Source: a virus. From it: 64,000 nt of DNA. The DNA is taken from the IMG/VR virus record IMGVR_UViG_3300028895_000122; one strand, given 5' to 3'. The translations under genes were made by a program, and so were the position numbers. Within the stretch, counting starts at the first letter, position 1. Each line of letters starts with the position of its first letter. Below, piece after piece: positions 45,640 to 53,253 of this stretch. The notes beneath the pieces are model-generated. The model did no database searches. It was not told the origin of the DNA and saw nothing but the letters and a program-made list of their open reading frames with translations.

Positions 45640-45750
45640 CCTTTTTCTGCTATTTTTTGCATTTATTTTTGCAATAAAATCAATAACTTAGCAGATTTTA
45701 CAAAAAAAATATGGATTTGGGGTGAATTTTTCTGGGATTTCCCCATGAAA

Positions 45751-46122
45751 TTAGTAGTCTAGTTGGTAAAATTCTAGCTCTAGTCCTTTCTTTATCCACT
45801 GTTCAATGAACTCAGTGCCAACGTCACAGCTTACATAATCGTTACCTTGCATACCCTGTTCGCTGTATGTAACATCATCACCAATTAGACCCAAAAAGTT
45901 CAATTCGGCTCGCAACTCGTTCATGAATGTTTTATCAGTGTAAATAAGTCCATCTTCGTTGATATTCCAAGAACTAGTATCAAATTCGATCTGTAACTCA
46001 CCCCACATCTTACCATCTGCATCTTTGGTTGCATCCAGTTCGAGCTCGGTTGTCTTAACTGATTTAACAGAACTTGACCAGAGTCCATCGCCACCTGTTT
46101 TAATTGAACGATCAAATCTCAT
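45751..46122 (-). CDS. hypothetical protein
   Basis: Packed ORF. Confidence 0.4.
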   Translation of the reverse strand: MRFDRSIKTGGDGLWSSSVKSVKTTELELDATKDADGKMWGELQIEFDTSSWNINEDGLIYTDKTFMNELRAELNFLGLIGDDVTYSEQGMQGNDYVSCDVGTEFIEQWIKKGLELEFYQLDY

Positions 46123-46125
46123 AAT

Positions 46126-46551
46126 TTACTCCACTTCACACAGGTAAGCATAAGCCCTGTGATATTTCTCAAGGCGTTTAAAGTCTTTCTCGCGCAAACC
46201 TTTCATGCGAGTAATATCGCTGTTATGTCTTAGGTCTGCTTTCTTAATAGCACGAGCAATGTGATTTAACGAAACTCGTTCAATATAATCATCGTATGGT
46301 TCGTGATCAGCATGAGTGAGTAATTTAATGATCGTAACAGTATGCTCTTTAAATCCTTCTGATATTAACTGTTCTGCCGTCCATTCCGTGTCTTCAATGA
46401 GATCATGTAACACCGCCGCGATCATTGCTTCTATGCCAAACGATTTAACTTCGTGCATAACGTGTAAACAATGCAGGATATAAGGCTGACCGCCTTTATC
46501 TTTCTTATCTGCAAAAGCTTCTGATGCAATTGCAATAGCTTTACCTAACAT
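46126..46551 (-). CDS. HD-domain small alarmone hydrolase (SpoT/Mesh1-like (p)ppGpp hydrolase) candidate
   Basis: GGQPYILHCLHVMHEV...AMIAAVLHDLIEDTEWTAEQLISEGFKEHTVTIIKLLT matches the RelA/SpoT HD-domain pattern GEPYI.HPL.VA...AALLHDV(I)EDT...FG..VA.LV.GVTK. Confidence 0.65.
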   Translation of the reverse strand: MLGKAIAIASEAFADKKDKGGQPYILHCLHVMHEVKSFGIEAMIAAVLHDLIEDTEWTAEQLISEGFKEHTVTIIKLLTHADHEPYDDYIERVSLNHIARAIKKADLRHNSDITRMKGLREKDFKRLEKYHRAYAYLCEVE

Positions 46552-46580
46552 TTCAACTCCTTTTAGTTACTATATTTCAT

Positions 46581-46609
46581 AGTATAGGTGATTTTGGAGA
46601 AATTGTCAA
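46581..46609 (-). promoter_or_regulatory. sigma70-type promoter P5 (TTGACA-N17-TATACT)
   Basis: Minus strand reads TTGACA atttctccaaaatcacc TATACT, then ...AAAAGGAGttgaaATG for the HD gene. The -35 overlaps the upstream stop codon. Confidence 0.5.
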
Positions 46610-47007
46610 CTGGTTTTTAGAAAGATTTTGGAAAAAATTCCTGGTTTTGGTGGCTGCAAAAGATCGTGATTTTTTTCAATTAAACGATCGTTTTGTTTAG
46701 CTAACGAGTCGTTCATTTTTTCGAGCTCTTTTATGTGCTTTTTCAATGATTTAACATCGTCGCCTTTAAGAGTTTCGATTTCTTGTTGAAGTTCCTTCAT
46801 ACGCAATCCAGCACGATTGAGCTTACTAGTCAATGATGTCCAAACTGCACCATCGCTTTTCCAATTAACCGAGTGTCCGTGATAGTCGAAGTCAACACCT
46901 TTAACCTCTTCGGTTAACTTAACCATTTTCTCGTGTTCTTTAAGTTCTTGATATTCCATATACTCTGCTAAAGTAATATGGACTTGCTGTTCTGTTGTTT
47001 CATTCAT
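46606..47007 (-). CDS. hypothetical coiled-coil protein
   Basis: Packed ORF. Confidence 0.4.
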   Translation of the reverse strand: MNETTEQQVHITLAEYMEYQELKEHEKMVKLTEEVKGVDFDYHGHSVNWKSDGAVWTSLTSKLNRAGLRMKELQQEIETLKGDDVKSLKKHIKELEKMNDSLAKQNDRLIEKNHDLLQPPKPGIFSKIFLKTS

Positions 47008-47239
47008 TTTCTTCCTCCCGCCGAGTATTTGTTAATTCGTAAAATGTTCTTGCAGCTAACATCTTATCAAATGCTGCTTTAATATGTGGAAAGTTTTCTA
47101 AGATACTAGGCATATAATAATCACAGTATCGTCTATTAGTACCTGGTATTTTTTCATGTATTAACCGATCGTATTCCTTACTAGCGTCTAATTCATACTC
47201 CGATAACGGTCTATTATTTCTTTCTATCCTATAATCCAT
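47000..47239 (-). CDS. hypothetical small protein
   Basis: Packed ORF. Confidence 0.35.
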   Translation of the reverse strand: MDYRIERNNRPLSEYELDASKEYDRLIHEKIPGTNRRYCDYYMPSILENFPHIKAAFDKMLAARTFYELTNTRREEENE

Positions 47240-47435
47240 ACTTTTGATTTAATACATTTTCTCTACGTTGTCTAATAGATTGTTTTGCAGTAGTTGATGT
47301 AGACTTTAACTTACGCATCAATTCTTCTTGTTCATGATTTTTAATTAATGTACGTTTAAAAACATATTCAAGAGTTTGAATAACTGCGATCCAAAAAATA
47401 CCTATTGCTATACAGGCCAATAATAAATCAGTCAT
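47229..47435 (-). CDS. small membrane protein
   Basis: N-terminal hydrophobic helix. Confidence 0.35.
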   Translation of the reverse strand: MTDLLLACIAIGIFWIAVIQTLEYVFKRTLIKNHEQEELMRKLKSTSTTAKQSIRQRRENVLNQKYGL

Positions 47436-47568
47436 TTTTTAATGCTTCCCATATTCTTTTTTGTTCTTGTTCTTTTCTTGCTTTTCGCTTGTAAAGATAA
47501 TTATCGACAGCAACATAGATATTAATGCTAACTAGGATCAACATTGCTACTATCGAAAATTCAGTCAT
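47428..47568 (-). CDS. small membrane peptide (46 aa), missed by cutoff
   Basis: ATGA overlaps at both ends. MTEFSIVAMLILVSINIYVAVDNYLYKRKARKEQEQKRIWEALKND. Confidence 0.25.
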   Translation of the reverse strand: MTEFSIVAMLILVSINIYVAVDNYLYKRKARKEQEQKRIWEALKND

Positions 47569-47987
47569 ATCTCTTTCAATACCTCAAAGGTTCTATAATG
47601 TTCTTCTGCACGTTTAATTTCTTCATGTATCTTAATAAGAAATTCTTTAATATCATATCTTGAATTGATAATAAAATTCATATACGGTTTCCATCCTTCG
47701 CACTCACAACCATATACAAATCCTCGCCCGGCAAGTTCCAATATAGTAAAAGTATCAAAGTCGCCGTAATCCAAAATCATATTAGGATTATTTTTTGCCA
47801 TCTCTTCAAAGTATGCCACGGCAGTTGCATGATCATCATTTTCGTCGGGGCTACTATACCAACCCAAATCAATTGAGTTCATTGCTACGTGGGTTTTACC
47901 ACAGTTGCAATCAGCAACCACACTTCCAGTACCAGACCAACAGTCCCAAAATGCTTCAGAAAAATCTATGTCATTTATGTTCAGCAT
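47565..47987 (-). CDS. hypothetical Cys-containing protein
   Basis: Packed ORF. Confidence 0.4.
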   Translation of the reverse strand: MLNINDIDFSEAFWDCWSGTGSVVADCNCGKTHVAMNSIDLGWYSSPDENDDHATAVAYFEEMAKNNPNMILDYGDFDTFTILELAGRGFVYGCECEGWKPYMNFIINSRYDIKEFLIKIHEEIKRAEEHYRTFEVLKEI

Positions 47988-48183
47988 CTTTATAATCCGG
48001 GTTTACATGCACACATCTATATCTTGCCCATCCGCTAACATCCTTGTAAATAGTTTGCTTTACTGGACAACCATGATGAGCTGTTAATGCATCACGAATG
48101 TAATACTTGACGTTTCCATAGTCCTCTTTCCATTCTGGGTCAATGAGTGTTACGAGTTGTGTTTGTAAAACATCTGTTGGCAT
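47971..48183 (-). CDS. hypothetical small protein
   Basis: Packed ORF. Confidence 0.35.
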   Translation of the reverse strand: MPTDVLQTQLVTLIDPEWKEDYGNVKYYIRDALTAHHGCPVKQTIYKDVSGWARYRCVHVNPDYKDAEHK

Positions 48184-48395
48184 TAAAACGGACCATCCTG
48201 TGTTAAACTAAAGTCATTAAGAAACTCGTAATCATCGTAATCCTCTGCGTCGGCAGTAATAGGATTATAAACTTGGTCTTCGGAAAATAATGGTGTACCC
48301 CAAGCATCACGCTGAGTAGATTTTTCTCCGCGCTGTACTTGATAACCCATTTCTTGCCATTCATCGTATGTTTTCCATTCACATTCGAAAGACAT
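48183..48395 (-). CDS. hypothetical small acidic protein
   Basis: Packed ORF. Confidence 0.35.
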   Translation of the reverse strand: MSFECEWKTYDEWQEMGYQVQRGEKSTQRDAWGTPLFSEDQVYNPITADAEDYDDYEFLNDFSLTQDGPF

Positions 48396-48508
48396 TATAA
48401 TCCTCCAAAGAATTCAGCAATGCCAACGATAGCGTTTCTGATCTGTTTCCAGAATAGAACTATTGCTGCAATAATAACAATAGTTAAAACTATTAAAAAT
48501 TTAATCAT
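48395..48508 (-). CDS. small membrane peptide (37 aa), missed by cutoff
   Basis: MIKFLIVLTIVIIAAIVLFWKQIRNAIVGIAEFFGGL. Stop/start overlaps on both sides. Confidence 0.25.
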   Translation of the reverse strand: MIKFLIVLTIVIIAAIVLFWKQIRNAIVGIAEFFGGL

Positions 48509-48761
48509 TTTGTGTGGCCCTTATCATAAAACATTTGGTGCATACTTCACCACCAGTGACAACTTCGTTATCAGCAGAAACCCAATTATGGTCACATACA
48601 GGTTCATCATTTAATACATCCTCAAATACAAAGTAGTCAGTTATATTGTTCATAACTGATTCGAATATTAAATCGGCTATTTGTTGTTTTGATGGTGTTT
48701 CGTGTTTAGTGTATGCTAATTGTAAACCAGCATCAATCCCACTACTAACTTGATCTTCCAT
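48501..48761 (-). CDS. hypothetical protein (start uncertain)
   Basis: Track ORF 48501..48845 trimmed to the internal ATG (MEDQVSS...) to avoid a 74-nt overlap with 48772..48978. Confidence 0.3.
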   Translation of the reverse strand: MEDQVSSGIDAGLQLAYTKHETPSKQQIADLIFESVMNNITDYFVFEDVLNDEPVCDHNWVSADNEVVTGGEVCTKCFMIRATQND

Positions 48762-48771
48762 TACTGCATAT

Positions 48772-48978
48772 TCATTTGTTTTCAATTTTTTCTCTCCAGG
48801 ATATAGATAATTTACTATAGCAACAATCTTCAACAACATTGCCATTCATAAATTCAAAACGAATATTATTAGGATTGAATTCTTCGGAAAATTTAATTCC
48901 TTGTGTTAAGAGATAATTCAAAACAGCCACACGCATTTCTTTTTCTGAAATCTCAACTTCATGTTTTATTTCTTTCAT
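48772..48978 (-). CDS. hypothetical small protein
   Basis: Packed ORF. Confidence 0.3.
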   Translation of the reverse strand: MKEIKHEVEISEKEMRVAVLNYLLTQGIKFSEEFNPNNIRFEFMNGNVVEDCCYSKLSISWREKIENK

Positions 48979-49163
48979 ACTGGTTTTAACTCCCCCATTG
49001 CATTTTCTTCAAAACGTGCTACAGCAAAGCCGCCATCAACTTGAGTTGCTGATTGTGGTGGCATGTAACCTATTTGAACATGATATCCCATACGTCCTTC
49101 TTCGTTGGCTATCTCTATAGCACGTTGAAAATCTCGTTGCGATATGGTAAAGTATTCATTCAT
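48975..49163 (-). CDS. hypothetical small protein
   Basis: Packed ORF. Confidence 0.3.
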   Translation of the reverse strand: MNEYFTISQRDFQRAIEIANEEGRMGYHVQIGYMPPQSATQVDGGFAVARFEENAMGELKPV

Positions 49164-49354
49164 TTTTTTATTTCCTTACAGTAAATTTCTTTGGCTGCAT
49201 GTTGACAATGCATCATGTTACTTTCTTCATTGCATTTTAAAACAAACTCAGCACGGTCGGCTTGTGTGCTTTCGGAACATCTATATTCAGGTCCGCAATC
49301 ACACCCTACCAGAAATATAGGAATTAATAATACTAAGTATTTCATTGATCCCAC
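49160..49354 (-). CDS. small Cys-rich lipoprotein candidate
   Basis: [15 protein letters not shown] is a lipobox-like signal. Six further Cys residues. Confidence 0.4.
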   Translation of the reverse strand: MGSMKYLVLLIPIFLVGCDCGPEYRCSESTQADRAEFVLKCNEESNMMHCQHAAKEIYCKEIKK

Positions 49355-49701
49355 CTTTTATGTTTGCGAAAAACGAAGTTGTCTGGATCGGTTCCTTCTG
49401 GTTCTGGCTGTCCAGTAAATCCTTCTGCTTTTTGCTGCTTAATTAATTCTTTCAACTCGGCAATTTCATTGCGTAGTTCTTGAATTTCGTTGTTGTTATC
49501 AACCTCGTTGCGTAGTTCTTGAACAACACTCTTTGTTTCTTTTTTTGTAACTCGTTTATATGCTTCAGGGGACTTTTGCTTACATACAAGGAGATCTTGC
49601 TTACAAGTATAATCTTGATATGCCGGAATAGCGATTGCTGCTAGGATTGCGACTATTGCTACAACAATCATCATTTCAATTAACGTAAAACCTTTATTCA
49701 C
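49342..49701 (-). CDS. type IV pilin / pseudopilin-like protein
   Basis: MNKG|[27 protein letters not shown] is a canonical short-leader class III signal with the GFTLIE N-methylation box and a hydrophobic alpha-1 helix. The short body has a Cys pair and two QELRNE repeats. Confidence 0.7.
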   Translation of the reverse strand: MNKGFTLIEMMIVVAIVAILAAIAIPAYQDYTCKQDLLVCKQKSPEAYKRVTKKETKSVVQELRNEVDNNNEIQELRNEIAELKELIKQQKAEGFTGQPEPEGTDPDNFVFRKHKRWDQ

Positions 49702-49775
49702 TGTTATCTCCTAACCTAATTGTTTTCACCCGAAAGCCCCCAATTAAGGAGGCTACGGTTACTTCTTAGTTAAGG

Positions 49776-51410
49776 TTACTTGGTAGTGCTACGATCGTAT
49801 GTTAGCTGTTTTGCAGCCTGCATAGTCATCATGTTCATGAAGTTTGCTACTTCACTATCACCACCTACTACAGGTCCTGTGCCATCACCACTACCACCAA
49901 AGCTAGTAACGTTCTGTGGTACTGCACGATTAGCATAAGCCTGTGCCCATACGTTGTGGATCTTAACCTCTGCATCAAGTTTCTGCTGCAAGGCACCATC
50001 CGCTTCAAGTACCAAACGTTTGTACTCAGAGTCACCACGACCTTCTGCTTTCTTCATTTCCTCGTACTCAAGAGCCGCAAGTTTCAACTGTTCTTTTTCA
50101 AGCTTCTGTTGTGCTGCAACCTCTACAAGTTTTTCCGCACCAAGGATTGCCACTGCTTTTGCTTTTTCGGCATCTACAACAGCTCGGATCTTTTCCTGCT
50201 CTTTCTCATACTTTGCAATGGTTACGTCACGTTTACCATTTTCTTCCGCAGTAATCGCTTCCTGCTTAGCCTGTTCAGCTTTTGCTTTTGCAGTAATAAT
50301 CGCCATTGTTGCTTTACGTTTCTCAGCAATCTGATCCAACGTTTTCTGTTCAAAGCCCCAGTCAGTAATCTGATATCCAGATACAGTAATACCGTACGCT
50401 TTCAAGTCAGTTTCGAAACGTTTAGCAAGACCATCTTCACCATATGCAATAACTGGAATGTTCTTAACAACTGATTTGCCAGTTACTTCATCCTTAACAA
50501 CATCCTGTTTCAACTCAGTGCGATACTTACCGTTAGTAACCTGATCACGTGACCACTCAATATAAGTACCACGCTGTTCTGCGTATGCACCCTCAGAAGT
50601 CATAAGACCAGCAGTCAAGTTCTGTGCTTCGTCTGTTACTGTTTTAATAAGTTTATATGCCACACCACCGTTTGAACGAAATGCTTTATGTAGTTTAAGC
50701 ATATTTGCATCATCTTTTGGCAAGTCAAAACGTGCTTTACCGAAAATAGTACCCGTACCACCATCTTGGTAACGAACCGGGATACCATCTACATCAATTG
50801 ACGTTTCACCATCTGCTGCGGTACGATCAAAGTCGTAAGTTACAACGTCACGATAAACTGTGACATTACCAAACCATTGTGTATAAAATCCTGGTTCAAA
50901 CTTAACAAAAAGTTTACCGTTTGGATACTGTACAACCGTTCGGTTACCAGCATCGTTAATACCAAATAGCAATGGGCTCACTGCCACAGTAAGGATCAAA
51001 ACCACAATCCCCAAAATCGCCTTCCAATTAATTACCATGTTAAAATTTCCTCTAAAGTTAGTATTTGGTGGCTCATCATTACCCTCATCTCCGCCGCCAC
51101 CGTTAGCAGAGTTGCCTACAAAAGTTTCCTTTAGTTTGGGTTTAATATTACGTTCCCAAGCCTTTCGCAAGAAACCTTTAGAATTTTCGATTTTTTCTCT
51201 ATGTTCGGTTATAGTTCTATCTTTATAACGCTCAATGATTTCAACTGTTTCGTCAAACGTTAAATTGTCACGTTCATTGATATGATCAATTAATGCTTTA
51301 ACTCTGCCCGGAACATGTCTAAGGTTTTCATTTTCGAATGCCGTTGCAAGACTATCAACATACATCTTGAGTTTTTCTAACTCGGCATCAGTATATTTTT
51401 CTTTACTCAT
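49776..51410 (-). CDS. SPFH/band-7 (HflK/C-, flotillin-like) membrane protein
   Basis: One TM helix (ILGIVVLILTVAVSPLLFGI). SPFH core ...GITVSGYQITDWGFEQKTLDQIAEKRKATMAIITAKAKAEQAKQEAITAEENGKR... followed by a long Ala/Glu/Lys coiled coil. Confidence 0.6.
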   Translation of the reverse strand: MSKEKYTDAELEKLKMYVDSLATAFENENLRHVPGRVKALIDHINERDNLTFDETVEIIERYKDRTITEHREKIENSKGFLRKAWERNIKPKLKETFVGNSANGGGGDEGNDEPPNTNFRGNFNMVINWKAILGIVVLILTVAVSPLLFGINDAGNRTVVQYPNGKLFVKFEPGFYTQWFGNVTVYRDVVTYDFDRTAADGETSIDVDGIPVRYQDGGTGTIFGKARFDLPKDDANMLKLHKAFRSNGGVAYKLIKTVTDEAQNLTAGLMTSEGAYAEQRGTYIEWSRDQVTNGKYRTELKQDVVKDEVTGKSVVKNIPVIAYGEDGLAKRFETDLKAYGITVSGYQITDWGFEQKTLDQIAEKRKATMAIITAKAKAEQAKQEAITAEENGKRDVTIAKYEKEQEKIRAVVDAEKAKAVAILGAEKLVEVAAQQKLEKEQLKLAALEYEEMKKAEGRGDSEYKRLVLEADGALQQKLDAEVKIHNVWAQAYANRAVPQNVTSFGGSGDGTGPVVGGDSEVANFMNMMTMQAAKQLTYDRSTTK

Positions 51411-51583
51411 TTTATTGATATCTCTTCGGTTGGTTCTTCTTGTTTTACATCAACGTTAACATTAACGTCTGGTGCAAGCCATATTAATGCTGCGGTTATT
51501 AAAAATGCAGCAATCCCATCTTCGGTCATGGCTAATGCTGTAAAAAATATCACAGCAACAACAAGTAAATAAAAAACTTCCAT
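51407..51583 (-). CDS. small two-helix membrane protein (58 aa), missed by cutoff
   Basis: MEVFYLLVVAVIFFTALAMTEDGIAAFLITAALIWLAPDVNVNVDVKQEEPTEEISIK. ATGA overlap with the SPFH start. Confidence 0.35.
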   Translation of the reverse strand: MEVFYLLVVAVIFFTALAMTEDGIAAFLITAALIWLAPDVNVNVDVKQEEPTEEISIK

Positions 51584-51837
51584 TACTGGTCCAGTTTGGA
51601 TTCTTTTTCTGAGATTGCCTTTTCGCGTGTTTGAACTTTCTTTTTCTGCTTAACAACCTTTTCTTTAATGTTAAGTACATCTTCACGCATTGCAAGATCT
51701 TGAAGTTCTTCTTTTGCGGCTGTTAGGTTGGCGCGATCAGTTTCCTGACGCTTTTCGATTTTTGTTTGTTTCCAAATCTGTCGGCTAATAAAAACAATTA
51801 AGCCAACAATAATCATACCAATGATAAATTTAAGCAT
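51583..51837 (-). CDS. small membrane-anchored coiled-coil protein
   Basis: N-terminal TM helix, then a charged helix. Confidence 0.4.
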   Translation of the reverse strand: MLKFIIGMIIVGLIVFISRQIWKQTKIEKRQETDRANLTAAKEELQDLAMREDVLNIKEKVVKQKKKVQTREKAISEKESKLDQ

Positions 51838-51872
51838 CTCTAATCCTCTATTTTCTTAGTTTCTAAATTATA

Positions 51873-52100
51873 TTAAAAATCGGGCTGTTTGTCAAGTTCT
51901 TCAAAGTAAATGTCTAAGAGGTACATCATGTGTTCGCCATTATCACCATCGCCGCCCATTTTAATATCTAAATAATCATTACCAAAATGAAAGTCCATGT
52001 CAGCCAGTGCGCGAACAAGCTCTACGCTTTTAGGATGATGTGGCGTACCTTCTTCCCACCGTTTATTAATATCCGTTTCGACCATGTTATACCTCTTCAA
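51873..52100 (-). CDS. hypothetical small protein
   Basis: Packed ORF. Confidence 0.35.
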   Translation of the reverse strand: MKRYNMVETDINKRWEEGTPHHPKSVELVRALADMDFHFGNDYLDIKMGGDGDNGEHMMYLLDIYFEELDKQPDF

Positions 52101-52782
52101 TTAAATATCGACGTTCTTCTTTACGTATTAGCAATGAAAGGAATTCTTCATCCTTTGTGACTTGTTCAGGATCCTGCCAAGTTTTGGTATGAGTAAGCAC
52201 ATATTCTTTTCGTTTGTAATACTGCTTATTCAATTTAGCCCAAACAGCATGACGATCTTCTTCCTCTTCGTGTGCAATAATTTCTGCACCTACACCGTCG
52301 GCGAATGCAGGGAAGTCTTCTAAGAAGAATTTATAATCCCAACTATAAATCTGTGGTTCTGGTGCCAACTGTTTGAAACGCTTTGGCGCGCGATAACGCT
52401 TAGATGCAAACTCTTCCCAGGGCCCACCGTAACCACCGAAGCCGCCTGTACCAGTATATGTCAATGAGTTGCGAAATGGGTCACTGCCAAAACCACTCTT
52501 GTCACTGTCGTTTGTAAAACGTACCCATACTCGTCCTTGAAATCCTGGGTAGCCAGTTGGAAGATTAGGATCACGAGATGACCAATTCTGTGCTTTTCCG
52601 ATAGGAGCGCAATGTGTATTGCCAACATTATTTCTGTAGGATACTTTCCAAGATAAACCAGCAACAGCACGACTTTCGTTTACTGTGGCTTTCACAGCAT
52701 CAAAGATTTCGTTGAGGTTTTCTGGATGCTTGCCGTAAATGTTGGCAATGTGTTGAATTCGATTATGTACTTTTTTTGTCAT
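52087..52782 (-). CDS. hypothetical Gly-rich protein
   Basis: GTGGFGGYGGPW segment. No motif recognised. Confidence 0.4.
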   Translation of the reverse strand: MTKKVHNRIQHIANIYGKHPENLNEIFDAVKATVNESRAVAGLSWKVSYRNNVGNTHCAPIGKAQNWSSRDPNLPTGYPGFQGRVWVRFTNDSDKSGFGSDPFRNSLTYTGTGGFGGYGGPWEEFASKRYRAPKRFKQLAPEPQIYSWDYKFFLEDFPAFADGVGAEIIAHEEEEDRHAVWAKLNKQYYKRKEYVLTHTKTWQDPEQVTKDEEFLSLLIRKEERRYLIEEV

Positions 52783-52787
52783 TTATT

Positions 52788-52988
52788 TCACTTTAGGTTT
52801 AATAAAGTTTCACGTAGATAAGTTTCGCCTTCTTCTGTTAGTAATGCAGTACCAAAATGCCATTCAATTAAATCATCATATAACAATTCTAAGTATTCAG
52901 AATATAATGACTTGTGATCTACTTTTTTGGTTAATACATTCTCCAACAGATAAAGTTTACGTTTCTCAGAAATTTCACTCACCTTCAT
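52788..52988 (-). CDS. hypothetical small protein (start uncertain)
   Basis: Trimmed to an internal ATG to reduce overlap with the EndoVII-like gene. Confidence 0.3.
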   Translation of the reverse strand: MKVSEISEKRKLYLLENVLTKKVDHKSLYSEYLELLYDDLIEWHFGTALLTEEGETYLRETLLNLK

Positions 52989-53253
52989 ATTCCCATAATA
53001 CTGCATTGCAATGATTATGAACTGCACCTATTGTCATGCCTGTAACATGATCGTGGTGTAAGTGTACTGGCCATTTGAAAAACCCATCTGGATAATATTC
53101 AGGGTGAACTTTCTTTTTTGCTATCTTTAAAGCAGGCATTCCATCTAGAGGTGCGCCACAATAATAGCAAAGACCTTTTTGGTGACGTACATACTCTTCC
53201 CTGAGTGTACGTCTCTCCTTTGGTTTAAGTTTATCATAGTTTTGTGGTTCCAT
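52975..53253 (-). CDS. Endonuclease VII-family (His-Me finger/HNH) protein
   Basis: CYYCGAPL...VHLHHDHVTGMTIGAVHNHCNAV parallels T4 endo VII CLICQREL...NHLDHDHELNG...RGLLCNLCNAAEG. Start taken at the ATG overlapping the PseT stop. Confidence 0.55.
   Translation of the reverse strand: MEPQNYDKLKPKERRTLREEYVRHQKGLCYYCGAPLDGMPALKIAKKKVHPEYYPDGFFKWPVHLHHDHVTGMTIGAVHNHCNAVLWEYEGE

Noticed and set aside
45701-45750. Possible terminator after 45751..46122 (GGGG...CCCC with T8 run)
   Set aside because: The stem is only 4-5 bp with an 18-nt loop and is separated from the T-run by ~10 nt. It is not a convincing intrinsic terminator.
51462-51695. Track ORF 51462..51695
   Set aside because: It overlaps, out of frame, the better-supported small membrane gene 51407..51583 and gene 51583..51837. 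Its translation is low-complexity.
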